From: Vulcanimicrobiota bacterium
Lineage (GTDB): Bacteria; Vulcanimicrobiota; Vulcanimicrobiia; Vulcanimicrobiales; Vulcanimicrobiaceae
DNA: 64,000 nucleotides
Reading direction: 5' to 3'
Assembly: GCA_963743445.1 (NCBI GenBank)
Contig: CAVUPL010000003.1
Span: 375,984-439,983 of the forward strand
Made by a program: the position numbers and the translations under genes. The notes under the pieces are model-generated. The model was not told the DNA's origin, did no database searches, and was given only the letters and a program-made list of their open reading frames with translations. Below are positions 18,170 through 26,732 of this stretch, piece after piece (positions within the stretch are counted from its first letter, which is position 1; each line of letters opens with the position of its first letter).

Positions 18170-19011
18170 AGGCGCTGCAAACGCTCGGCGTAAGTCAACG
18201 CGAAGCCTGCGCGATCGTGCGTGCGCGACGTCGATCACCGCGCGAGAAACCCAGTGCGAAAGCGGTGGAGGACGCGCGCTGGGCTACCCGACTCACTGAA
18301 GTCGCGCAAGCACACGCCGAACACGGCTGTCGACGACTCTACGATGACTATGCTCGCGACGCGATGCCCGAACGAGACGAGTTCATGAACTACAAGCGAT
18401 TTCGCCGGATTTACCGCTTGGCGAACCTGCAAATCGGTCGACGGCGCCGGCGTGGCCGAGCCAAGATCGTGCGAGGCAAGCCGCTGCGTCGCGCAACCAA
18501 GCCGTTCGAAGGCTGGACGCTCGACTTCATGCACGACCGGCTTTTCGGCGGCCGGGCGTTCCGGACGCTCTCAATGGAGGATGAGTTCAGCCGCAGCGGC
18601 CTCGCCCTGGAGATGTCGTTCTCGTTCCCGAGCCGCTCGGTGATCGCGGTGCTGGACAGTGTTGCGGCGATCTATGGTTACCCGAAGTACCTGCGGATCG
18701 ACAACGGCACAGAGTTCACGTCGAAGCTCATGCAGATTTGGTCGGAAGAGCACGACGTCGAGCTGCTCTTCATCCAGCCCGGTAAGCCGACGCAGAACGC
18801 GTTTATCGAGTCGTTTAACAACCGCGTTCGCTGCGAGTTCCTCAACGCGCAGTGGTTTCACTCGCTAGCCGAAGGACAACTCAAGGCGCATGGGTGGCTG
18901 CATGGCTACAACACGACGCACTCGCACAGCGCGCTCGGTTACCGCACGCCCGAGGAGTTCCTCGCAACCTACGAAACTACCCAACTTCCACAGAAATCAA
19001 TGGCTGCATGA
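18166..19011 (+). CDS. IS3-family transposase OrfB
   Basis: Identical to 12088-12933. Confidence 0.9.
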   Translation: MKALQTLGVSQREACAIVRARRRSPREKPSAKAVEDARWATRLTEVAQAHAEHGCRRLYDDYARDAMPERDEFMNYKRFRRIYRLANLQIGRRRRRGRAKIVRGKPLRRATKPFEGWTLDFMHDRLFGGRAFRTLSMEDEFSRSGLALEMSFSFPSRSVIAVLDSVAAIYGYPKYLRIDNGTEFTSKLMQIWSEEHDVELLFIQPGKPTQNAFIESFNNRVRCEFLNAQWFHSLAEGQLKAHGWLHGYNTTHSHSALGYRTPEEFLATYETTQLPQKSMAA

Positions 19012-19288
19012 CGGGCCGACGCTATTACTTATCTCCTACTGATCTGGCAGGCTGGTTCGCAAAACTAACGGTCGAAACAGCGAAAAAGCGTCGTTGCCGC
19101 GCGAATAGTCGGCTTCCGGCTCTCCCCACTGTAGCCTGCCTCGACTGTCCACGCCGACCCAAGGGGTTTCAAAACAAGGCTCCCCCAGTCGGCAATGCCG
19201 CGTGGTATAGCGCTGCGATCAAACCCCTCAGCGCTACGCGATTCGGAGCCGCTCTTAATCGAGGTGAGTGAGACAGTCGCCGCCCTGA

Positions 19289-19675
19289 TTAACGAAACTC
19301 GAGCGTCCATGCGGGCGGAAAATCCGTCTGGCAGTGGTTCCTAAATGAGGAACCACTTGAAAAGTGGTAATCGCCCCACGCGCATACGACGTCCTTGTTT
19401 GTGAAGTTGCCGGATAAGCCTACCTTGCCATTTTTAGCTGTCTTGCCTTTCGCGATCACCGGACCGTCTTTGCTATTGCGACTAAGCGTAATCAAAAGGC
19501 CTGAAATTGGTTTCCCAGTAGCTTTGTTCCAGGCGGTGATCGTTGTGGCGCGCAGTGGGGACACGTTAGGGTTAAAAACTCCGGGCGACCCAAGCGCGCT
19601 GCCGCTTCCAGTACCGCAGGCGGCCAGCATTAGAGAAAACGCCGCCACGGCGAGCGCCGACCCATATCGTTTCAT
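19289..19675 (-). CDS. small lipoprotein (128 aa)
   Basis: MKRYGSALAVAAFSLMLAACGTGSG lipobox. Protein-like ORF. Confidence 0.6.
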   Translation of the reverse strand: MKRYGSALAVAAFSLMLAACGTGSGSALGSPGVFNPNVSPLRATTITAWNKATGKPISGLLITLSRNSKDGPVIAKGKTAKNGKVGLSGNFTNKDVVCAWGDYHFSSGSSFRNHCQTDFPPAWTLEFR

Positions 19676-19843
19676 AAGATATCCTCCCCGGTTGCAGGTA
19701 GATTAGGTTCTTTCGACTGCGCGTCTGTACGGGTGGGCAAAAACTCATTGAATCTCGACCGCTGCGCGCCAGGTTGAGCCCCTAATGGCTAGGGTGCGCC
19801 CTCTTGCCGGCAATGTCAATGAGGCCATTAGCAGAAGCGACGC

Positions 19844-20115
19844 CCCAACGCCGGCCTGATCGATTGTAAAGGGCACGTTTTACGGCACAACAAGCGAAGG
19901 CGGTGCGTATAGCTGCGGCGCGAACCATTCCACCTGCGGAACAGTCTTTAGCATCACGCCGGACGGAAAGGAAAAAGTGCTCCACAGCTTCGACGGAGCC
20001 GACGGCAAAAAACCCGAACGCCGGCCTGATCGACGTGAATGGCACGCTCTACGGAACCACGACATACGGAGGCACGTACAACAATGGCACGGTGTTTGCG
20101 CTGACGCCGCGCTAG
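19844..20115 (+). pseudogene. C-terminal remnant of a GloVer-type repeat protein with two frameshifts
   Basis: Reads PNAGLID, then KGTFYGTTSEGGAYSCGANHSTCGTVFSITPDGKEKVLHSFDGADGKKP, then NAGLIDVNGTLYGTTTYGGTYNNGTVFALTPR*, in three frames. One shift falls inside the A6 run at about 20008-20013. It has no start or signal peptide. Confidence 0.75.
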
Positions 20116-20120
20116 CCCCG

Positions 20121-20153
20121 CCGCCTCGCGCCCGGCGATCGCGATCGCGAGGC
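20121..20153. repeat. REP-like palindromic unit
   Basis: CCGCCTCGCGCCCGGCGATCGCGATCGCGAGGCC lies immediately 3' of the remnant. Palindrome TCGCGATCGCGA at 20139-20150. Confidence 0.6.
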
Positions 20154-20320
20154 CGCGCTCGAAATCCGTAAACGGGCTGATCATTGAAGCGCGGCTGCCA
20201 TCGTCGCGACATCAAAGGCAGCGGCGAGGATACGTGCAAACTTCACGCGACGCGGTTCGCTAACGGAGAAGGCGGCCCTTGCTTCTGCATGCGAAGAGAT
20301 CTTTGCGGAGATGAACGGGG

Positions 20321-21514
20321 ATGGAACGATTTAGACGCCGCGACCACGTGGCGATCAACGCGCTGTGGGTCGGTGTGCATTTCCAGGACGCGGCGTTAAT
20401 GTCGATCATCGTGCCGGCGCTGTTGCTGCAGTTGGCCCCGGGCAAACACACCTACGTCCTGGCGGTGCTCTCGACGCTCGTCGCAATTGGGACCGCAATC
20501 GTGCCTCCGTTCGCGGGTGCGCTCTCGGACCGCCTTCGCCGGCGCGGCGGGGACCGGCGCCTCCAGACGGCGATTGTGCTCGCGATCGACGCCCTTGCGC
20601 TCCTCGCGATGGCCTGCGCCTCGTCAGTTGTTGACCTGGGCGCTGCCACTGTCGTGGCGACCGTCGCGTTGATGAGCGGCTCGGTCGTCTATCAGGTGCT
20701 CGTGCCGGAGATCGTTCCCCGCAGGTTCTGGGGAACCGCCGCAGGCCATCGCGGCGCAATGACGCTGGTCGGAACCATCGTCGGCCTCATGCTGGGCGCG
20801 CTATTGCCGCCGCGTGAGGCGCTCTTGGCCGCTGCAGGCGGCGTCGTCGTCAGCGCGCTGACGCTGGTGTTCGTCCCGGCTTCTCCGGCGTTCGTAGCGA
20901 CGGAGCGCCACGAGGGCCCGCACGTCCGCGATCGCCACGATCTAATCGTCACGCTGATCGCCCGCGCCTGGATCATCATGGGAATGACGTTGCTCAATAC
21001 CTACGTGCTGTACTTCTTCCACGACGTGCTCGGCATCCGCAACGCGTCGTTGAACACGGGGCTCGTCGCCGGGGCTGCTATGGTCGGGGCAGTTGCGTCA
21101 AGTGTAGCGGCCGGAATCGTTTCCGATAAGTTCGACCGCCGGCTGGTCGTCTGTTTGTCGGGGCTGCCGATGACGCTGGCCGCGCTCGGCTTCGCCCTTG
21201 CTCCGGATTTGCGATTGATCTTCGTGTATGCTGTGCTGTTTGGCCTCGGTTACGGCGGCGTGTTCGCGGTCGGTTGGGCACTTGCCATGGATTCGGTCCC
21301 CGAACTGGGCGACGTCGCGCGCGATCTCGGCATTTGGGGAACGCTCTCCAATCTCCCCACGGTCATCGCGCCGGCGATCGGCGCCGCGATCATCACCGGC
21401 GGGGCTACCGTGAGTGACGGCTATCGTTGGCTGTTCGCCAGCGCCGGCGCGTGCTTTCTGCTTGGCTCCCTGACCGTGCTTGCGGTGCGTAAGCCGAATG
21501 CGGCTCCCCGATGA
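20321..21514 (+). CDS. MFS transporter
   Basis: About 12 hydrophobic segments and a loop motif GALSDRLRRRGGDRR (MFS D-R-x-G-R-R-like) between TM2 and TM3. Exact start is uncertain. Confidence 0.75.
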   Translation: MERFRRRDHVAINALWVGVHFQDAALMSIIVPALLLQLAPGKHTYVLAVLSTLVAIGTAIVPPFAGALSDRLRRRGGDRRLQTAIVLAIDALALLAMACASSVVDLGAATVVATVALMSGSVVYQVLVPEIVPRRFWGTAAGHRGAMTLVGTIVGLMLGALLPPREALLAAAGGVVVSALTLVFVPASPAFVATERHEGPHVRDRHDLIVTLIARAWIIMGMTLLNTYVLYFFHDVLGIRNASLNTGLVAGAAMVGAVASSVAAGIVSDKFDRRLVVCLSGLPMTLAALGFALAPDLRLIFVYAVLFGLGYGGVFAVGWALAMDSVPELGDVARDLGIWGTLSNLPTVIAPAIGAAIITGGATVSDGYRWLFASAGACFLLGSLTVLAVRKPNAAPR

Positions 21515-21700
21515 AGCCCAACTGGACGATGACGGCGATCAGCTACGGCGTGCGCCAGATCTACCGTTCCTTCAAGATTCGCGATACGCAGTATAGCGGC
21601 GCGGATCGCTTAGCACGCTAAGCGGCGTCGCTACTCCGAGCGCAGCAACCAGGCGCTAGGGGTGCAAAATTACCGAAGAATGCCGTAGGCGAGAACCCGG

Positions 21701-22207
21701 CTAAGGCGAAGCCGTGCCCATCGTGTACTGGCCGGTGCACATATATTTGTTGGTTCCCGAAGTTGGGCCCGCGCCGAACGTGCACGTGCCTTTCGCCGCA
21801 ACGCCCTTCATCTTGCCGGTACCGCCAACCGCCACGAACGTTCCAGTACCGGACTGCACGACGCCGTTCTCAGTGGAGACCGAAAGCGAGTACTGGTAGA
21901 ACATCTTGTCGCCGGTGTTGTAGGTGACGGTGAAGATGCCGGCAGCCTTCGAACTGCTCGCAGTAACGTCGGAGTGTTCGGCGTATTGACCGCCGGTGGC
22001 GGTAGCGCCGGCCATCGATTCTTTATCGGTGCATTTGCCGGCCTGAATGACGAAGGCATGGCCCGGCCGATCTCCGGCGGGGATGCTCTTCTGCATCGAG
22101 ATCTTGCAGGTGCCGGCAAGCGTATAACTCGTCTGTGCCGAGGCTCCGGCTATGCTAAAACCGAGGAACGCGCAGCTGCAGAGGATAGTGGTGATCACCA
22201 GTTTCAT
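21701..22207 (-). CDS. secreted hypothetical protein (168 aa)
   Basis: MKLVITTILCSCAFLGFSIAGASAQ signal peptide. The ORF track's upstream extension to 22351 is Arg-rich and unlikely. Confidence 0.55.
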   Translation of the reverse strand: MKLVITTILCSCAFLGFSIAGASAQTSYTLAGTCKISMQKSIPAGDRPGHAFVIQAGKCTDKESMAGATATGGQYAEHSDVTASSSKAAGIFTVTYNTGDKMFYQYSLSVSTENGVVQSGTGTFVAVGGTGKMKGVAAKGTCTFGAGPTSGTNKYMCTGQYTMGTASP

Positions 22208-22951
22208 GAGTACTCCAATGCGGGCGGTGAAATGCGGCAGCGTGGTTGCTGCAACACGCTTCGCTCGCCCAGCGACGTTCAAGCGCAATGCGGCGTCTCC
22301 TGGCGGGGATTCAAGCCTCCGGCTACCGGATATCCGCCTGCGCCGCCGCAATCCAGGCCAGAAAACTTATCTCGGCATCACGGGCGATGAATTAATCGCC
22401 TCCGCCACCGTTGCAACCGGTGCGCGCGATTTGTCCGGGCGTGGTCAGCTTTCGCAGGCCTAAACGACCGTTGATCGCGTCGAACAAGACCTCGTCGCGA
22501 TTGAAAAATGTAACGCCCGTAATTTCCCATAGCAGCGTTTTGCGTTAGCATCTGGAGCTCTCTCTCCGGGTGCGACGCCTCCGGTCCATTCACGCGGGCC
22601 GGGGGCATCTTTAGTTAAACGATCTTTCCTGTGAGGCCCGAAAAATCCGAAATCGGTGGAAGCTTGGCGGGTCGTAAGAATGGCAGTTGTATCTCTGGAG
22701 TTATATTATCCATCGAAGAACCGGCGACGCCGAAGTATTGGAAGGCCGCGAGGCGCGCGATGTGCGTGACTGCTGATTATCGCTTGCCGCTTGCTCGCGG
22801 ATTCCCGCAGGCCGGAGGGTGCGGCATCCGAGGCATTGGGCGGCTTTGCGCGAGCTCGCAGATTTGTCGACGCTTACTCCGCTGGGATAGCTGACGGCAG
22901 CCGCGAACGTCGTTAGCTGCTCGTCCGTTCAGCTTCCGGGAGGCATGGAAC

Positions 22952-23515
22952 ATGAAAACCTTCGCTCGCTACGCGCTTAGCATCAGCGCCGCTGCGGCAT
23001 CGTTCGCTGGTTGCGCGGCGTCGTCGCAATCATCTTTCGACCCGCCCAGTACGACGCAAGGGTCAATAGCGATGGGAGCCTATGCGCGCAACCTTCTGTA
23101 CGTCGCCGCCGCTGGCTCAGTTCAGGTTTTCACCTATCCGCGCGGCAGACCGATAGGGTCGCTCGGAGTTTTCGACAGCTATCTCTGCTCGGACAGGTTT
23201 GGGAATGTCTTCGTCACCGGCGCTGAGGGCATAAGCTACGTCTGGGTTTTTCCGCACGGAAGCGGCCAGCCTGTGGCGACCCTGTACAATCCGCAAAGTC
23301 CTGGAGGATGCTCTGTAGACAAGAGCAGCGGAAACGTGGCCGTCGCCGATCCGGATTCGAGTCCAGTGGTCATCTTTCCGTATAACCGTAAGCGTGGCTA
23401 GAGGCTAGCCCGCCAGTACAATGATCCGAATGTGCGCGCAAGCCTCTATTGCACCTACGATCCCGAAGGCAATCTTTTTCTCGATGGATACAGTACGAGC
23501 GATCCTCATAGATGA
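22952..23515 (+). pseudogene. family A lipoprotein paralog with in-frame TAG and 3' truncation
   Basis: Aligns with the 16570-17592 protein (..LLYVAAAGSVQVFTYPRGRPIGSLGVFDSYLCSDRFGNVFVTG..GCSVDKSSGNVAVAD..). A TAG falls at 23399-23401, and homology continues in the same frame (RLARQYNDPNVRASLYCTYDPEGNLFLDGYS) to the TGA at 23513-23515. The last ~130 codons of the family are missing. Its signal peptide lacks the GGSQPPIGAPGAM linker. Confidence 0.65.
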
Positions 23516-23613
23516 AGAAGCCTGCGCGGCCGTGAGGTTCTATTTTAAATGACTGCGACCCATTTGAATAACGCGCGCTCAAGAATGAACGCTTCCAGCC
23601 CGACACAATTGGC

Positions 23614-23769
23614 TTAGTTCCTTGCATGCGCGGCGTGCGTCGCGATCGCGGTGCTTTGTGGCATCGCGCCCGGCGCGCCGATCGGCGGCTGCGATCCGCC
23701 GCACCCTGTCAGCATAGCGATGCTTACGCTTGCGCATAATGCGTAGCGGCTGAAATCCAAGCTCTTCAT
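23614..23769 (-). other. orphan lipoprotein signal-peptide cassette (51 codons)
   Basis: MKSLDFSRYALCASVSIAMLTGCGGSQPPIGAPGAMPQSTAIATHAAHARN*. Core at 23684-23703. No homologous body follows. Confidence 0.6.
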
Positions 23770-23800
23770 CTGCCCTGCTCCTCGCTCCATGAACGAATCA

Positions 23801-23828
23801 GCGGTTTAGGACGTTCGGCTCTTGGCGC
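23801..23828 (-). promoter_or_regulatory. partial conserved leader upstream of the orphan cassette
   Basis: Reverse complement reads GCGCCAAGAGCCGAACGTCCTAAACCGC, followed by ..GTTCATGGAGCGAGGAGCAGGGCAGATG. This is nearly identical to the leader of the 25414 gene. Confidence 0.35.
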
Positions 23829-24117
23829 TAAGTAGAGCAAGCAGCAGATGCCTCGCCACGACGCTCAGCGCTGCAATGACCCAGACCTCCGCTACAACGG
23901 AATGCAAAACGTCGCCGCGGCTGACGTTTATTGTCGTAAGCACGTAGGCTGCAGTCACTGCGACAACCATTGCAAACACGGCATCTATGCCGACGGTCTT
24001 GAAGCTCCATAGTCGTCGTAGTACGGCGCATGTGACCCCGCCGGCGCAGATCCCCAGGACACGTGCCAAAATAATGTTTGCTATAACCAAGATGGCAGCA
24101 CCAGTTGTTCCGATCAA
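23806..24117 (-). CDS. small integral membrane protein (103 aa)
   Basis: Three to four hydrophobic helices. No homology recognised. Confidence 0.45.
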   Translation of the reverse strand: MIGTTGAAILVIANIILARVLGICAGGVTCAVLRRLWSFKTVGIDAVFAMVVAVTAAYVLTTINVSRGDVLHSVVAEVWVIAALSVVARHLLLALLSAKSRTS

Positions 24118-24166
24118 GTAGCCACCTGCGCGGAGAAACTGCTCGGCTTTCCGACGGCCACAATCG

Positions 24167-25414
24167 TCAGGGAGTCAGTGCGAAGACGGTCCCGCCCCCA
24201 CCGTCCCCACCGCTCGTCGTGCCGTACAACGTCCCGTTCACGTCTATCAGGCCCGCCTTCGGATCATCGCCGTCAAGGCCGCTAAAGCTGTGCAGCACTT
24301 GTTCCGCGCCCGATGTGCTCACGCTGTAGATGGTTCCGCAGCCTTTAGGGCCGCAGTACTTGCTGCCGCCGCCCCACACGGTGGTGCCATACAGCGTGCC
24401 ATTCACGTCGATCAGGCCCGCGACCGGATGCTCACCGTCGGAGCCGCCGGCGAAGTTGTACAGCACCGTTTCTTTGCCGTGCGTCGTTATGCTGTAAACA
24501 GTCCCGCAGCCCTTATTACAGGACCCAGAACCGCCAGGACCGCCGAGAGATGTCGTGCCATACAGCGTACGATTCACGGCGATCAAACCACCGTGTGGAC
24601 CGTCTCCCGAATCGCCGAAGCTGTAAAGTACCTTCTCTTTGCCGCTCTGGCTGATACTATAGACGGTCCCGCAGCCATGATTCCGGCAGCGGCCCGTGCC
24701 GCCATGCCTCGTCGTGCCATACAGCGTGCCGTTCACGTCGACAAGACCAGTGGTTGGGTCCCGAGCATCCCCGAAGCGGCTGCCGAACCGGTAGACTATT
24801 GTCTCCACGCCTTTGGTGCTAATGCGGTAAACAACCCCAAAACGTCCGCCGTGGCCGCCGCCGTGCTCCGTCGTGCCATACAGCATGCCGTCAACGTAGG
24901 TGAGGGGCGCCTCCGGAGCACATCCGTCGTCGTTGGGAGCGCCGAGAAAGCTATGCAGCAACGTCTCTTTGCCGCGCCTGCTAATGCTGTAGACGGTCCC
25001 GCAGCCGCTAACCCCACCGCCACGCGTCGTGCCGTACAGCGTGCCGTTTACGCTGACAAGGCCAGCCATCGGGTCCTGTCCGTCCTGCGAGCCGCCACCA
25101 AAGCGGTGTAGCACCCGCTGTACGCCGCGGGCACTGAGGCGGTAAACGACACCGTAGCCGAAGGCGCCGCGCTCCGTCGTGCCGTACAGCGTTCCGCCTA
25201 TCTCGAGCAAAGGCGTTGTCGGGTCGTAGCCGCGCGAACCAACCTGGAAGCGGTAGAATACAACGAAAGCCGACGAAGCGGGCCTAGCGAAGGCTCGGGT
25301 TTGCGAAATGTAGCCCGGCGCGCCGATCGGCGGCTGCGATCCGCCGCAGCCAGCGAGCATAGCGATGCTCATGCTTGCGCATAACGCATAGCGGCTAATG
25401 CCAGAAACCTTCAT
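24167..25414 (-). CDS. GloVer-type tandem-repeat lipoprotein
   Basis: MKVSGISRYALCASMSIAMLAGCGGSQPPIGAPGYISQ.. followed by repeated GTLYGTT..GG..CGTVYSI..GKE.VL(Y/H)SF units. Ends GTVFALTP*. Core at 25329-25348. ATG 25414 is preceded by GAGGAG. Confidence 0.85.
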   Translation of the reverse strand: MKVSGISRYALCASMSIAMLAGCGGSQPPIGAPGYISQTRAFARPASSAFVVFYRFQVGSRGYDPTTPLLEIGGTLYGTTERGAFGYGVVYRLSARGVQRVLHRFGGGSQDGQDPMAGLVSVNGTLYGTTRGGGVSGCGTVYSISRRGKETLLHSFLGAPNDDGCAPEAPLTYVDGMLYGTTEHGGGHGGRFGVVYRISTKGVETIVYRFGSRFGDARDPTTGLVDVNGTLYGTTRHGGTGRCRNHGCGTVYSISQSGKEKVLYSFGDSGDGPHGGLIAVNRTLYGTTSLGGPGGSGSCNKGCGTVYSITTHGKETVLYNFAGGSDGEHPVAGLIDVNGTLYGTTVWGGGSKYCGPKGCGTIYSVSTSGAEQVLHSFSGLDGDDPKAGLIDVNGTLYGTTSGGDGGGGTVFALTP

Positions 25415-25443
25415 CTGCCTTGCTCCTCGCTCCATGAACGGAG

Positions 25444-25490
25444 CAGCGGCTAAGGATGTTCGGCGTGCAGCCTCAGTTCCCAGCTTCAAC
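25444..25490 (-). promoter_or_regulatory. conserved leader (best copy)
   Basis: Reverse complement reads GTTGAAGCTGGGAACTGAGGCTGCACGCCGAACATCCTTAGCCGCTG. GGAAC-N17-CATCC resembles an ECF-type -35/-10 pair. Confidence 0.4.
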
Positions 25491-25710
25491 TGAGCGCGAT
25501 CGCGCGTGTCACCGGCCTTCACTCGCTGCGTGCTCCCGCTATCGAACCGGTGCGCGTGTACCGCACCCAGGCATTGGCAGGCGCTAGTCGCATTGGTCGA
25601 ACGATGAAAAAAGAATACGACTAGCCAAGCGGAAGTACCGGAGAGACGAGAGGCTCCTCCAATAATTTACTGCTGCACGCGCCCGCACGAAGGTCTCAAA
25701 TTATACGAAC

Positions 25711-26409
25711 ATGCTGCAGACAATGCCGGCTCTCGCGCTCGGGTTCGCGGCGGGGCTTTCCTCGCTGATCGGAGCAGCCGTTCGACCAGGGAGCAATCCG
25801 CTCCCCGATGGGATCTACAAGTACGCGATCATCGACAGCGGGAAGCCGTCGGGCACGAGCACGATTCGCGTCAGCCGCTCGAACGGCCAGATCGTCATCG
25901 AAGAGCACTCATCGCCGATGGAAGCGACCGAGTCGTCGCAGCGTAATCTCGATCCCGCAACGTTCGTAACGCGTTCGTTCTCGGTCGATAGCGATGGCAA
26001 GCGGTTTGTCACGCTGACGCTCGATGGGGGGACGGCAACTCTTCAGCAGCCCGACAACTCTGTGAAGGGAACCAAGACGACGACGATATCCGCCCCGTCC
26101 GGCGCTACGTTCATCGGCGTCTTCGATCTGAACGTGGCGTCCTTCTTTGCACTTGCGGCAGCGCTCCACGCCGCGCATCCCCCGGTGGCGATCGCCAACT
26201 TCGCTTTTGACTTTAATGCGGCGCTGATGAACGCCGGCCCCAGCGCGGCCGCGCCGCCCGAGGGCGTTCCGGCGAACGACGTGTGTATTGCCATGACGGA
26301 CGACAAAGGGACCGGTACGCTCTGGTACGATCCTCAAACGTTCGTTCTGGACGAGTTCAACCTCGCGGCGGCGCGCATCGTCTTCAAGCGAGTGTCATCC
26401 GAGCGATAA
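25711..26409 (+). CDS. secreted hypothetical protein (232 aa)
   Basis: N-terminal hydrophobic signal MLQTMPALALGFAAGLSSLIGAA. Protein-like ORF. Confidence 0.55.
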   Translation: MLQTMPALALGFAAGLSSLIGAAVRPGSNPLPDGIYKYAIIDSGKPSGTSTIRVSRSNGQIVIEEHSSPMEATESSQRNLDPATFVTRSFSVDSDGKRFVTLTLDGGTATLQQPDNSVKGTKTTTISAPSGATFIGVFDLNVASFFALAAALHAAHPPVAIANFAFDFNAALMNAGPSAAAPPEGVPANDVCIAMTDDKGTGTLWYDPQTFVLDEFNLAAARIVFKRVSSER

Positions 26410-26732
26410 ATCGGCCTGGGGGATTGTAACTCGGCGTCGAAAATCTGTTCCACTTTGGGGAACGTCGTCCTGAACGCTAGCGGAACCCGACGCCCAAATG
26501 TCGGATGTGGACTTCGTAATGCACGCGCGAAGTCATGCTGGTACGGAGCAAAGCGCTACAACCGTCGAAGCGCAGCTCGCCAATATTGTCGCAGCCACGC
26601 AGCTCGTAAGCGTGTAGCGGCTAAGATCGAAAGTCGTCGTCGGCGGAGGCTCTTAAGCATGAACAGATCTGGGGGCTAGAAATTGAACATGTCGGCAAAA
26701 CTTTGGGACCGCGAACGCCGGGCGCGGGGCGC

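Larger units (their letters stand above)
17801..19024 (+). mobile_element. IS3-family (IS407-group-like) insertion sequence, copy 2, 1,224 bp
   Basis: Inverted relative to copy 1, with the same terminal IRs TAGCGTCGGCCC. The left ends of both copies abut CTTAACGCGTTGCGGCT. Confidence 0.85.

Noticed and set aside
21511-21624. 37-codon ORF overlapping the MFS stop (ATGA)
   Set aside because: It is short and has no motif, and it runs into a leader remnant or REP-like sequence. There is insufficient evidence for a gene.
22380-22560. Possible gene fragment on the minus strand (..TLLWEITGVTFFNRDEVLFDAINGRLGLRKLTTPGQIARTGCNGGGGD*)
   Set aside because: It looks protein-like but has no start, is preceded by a stop, and I cannot assign a family. 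It may be a relic, but the evidence is too weak to call.
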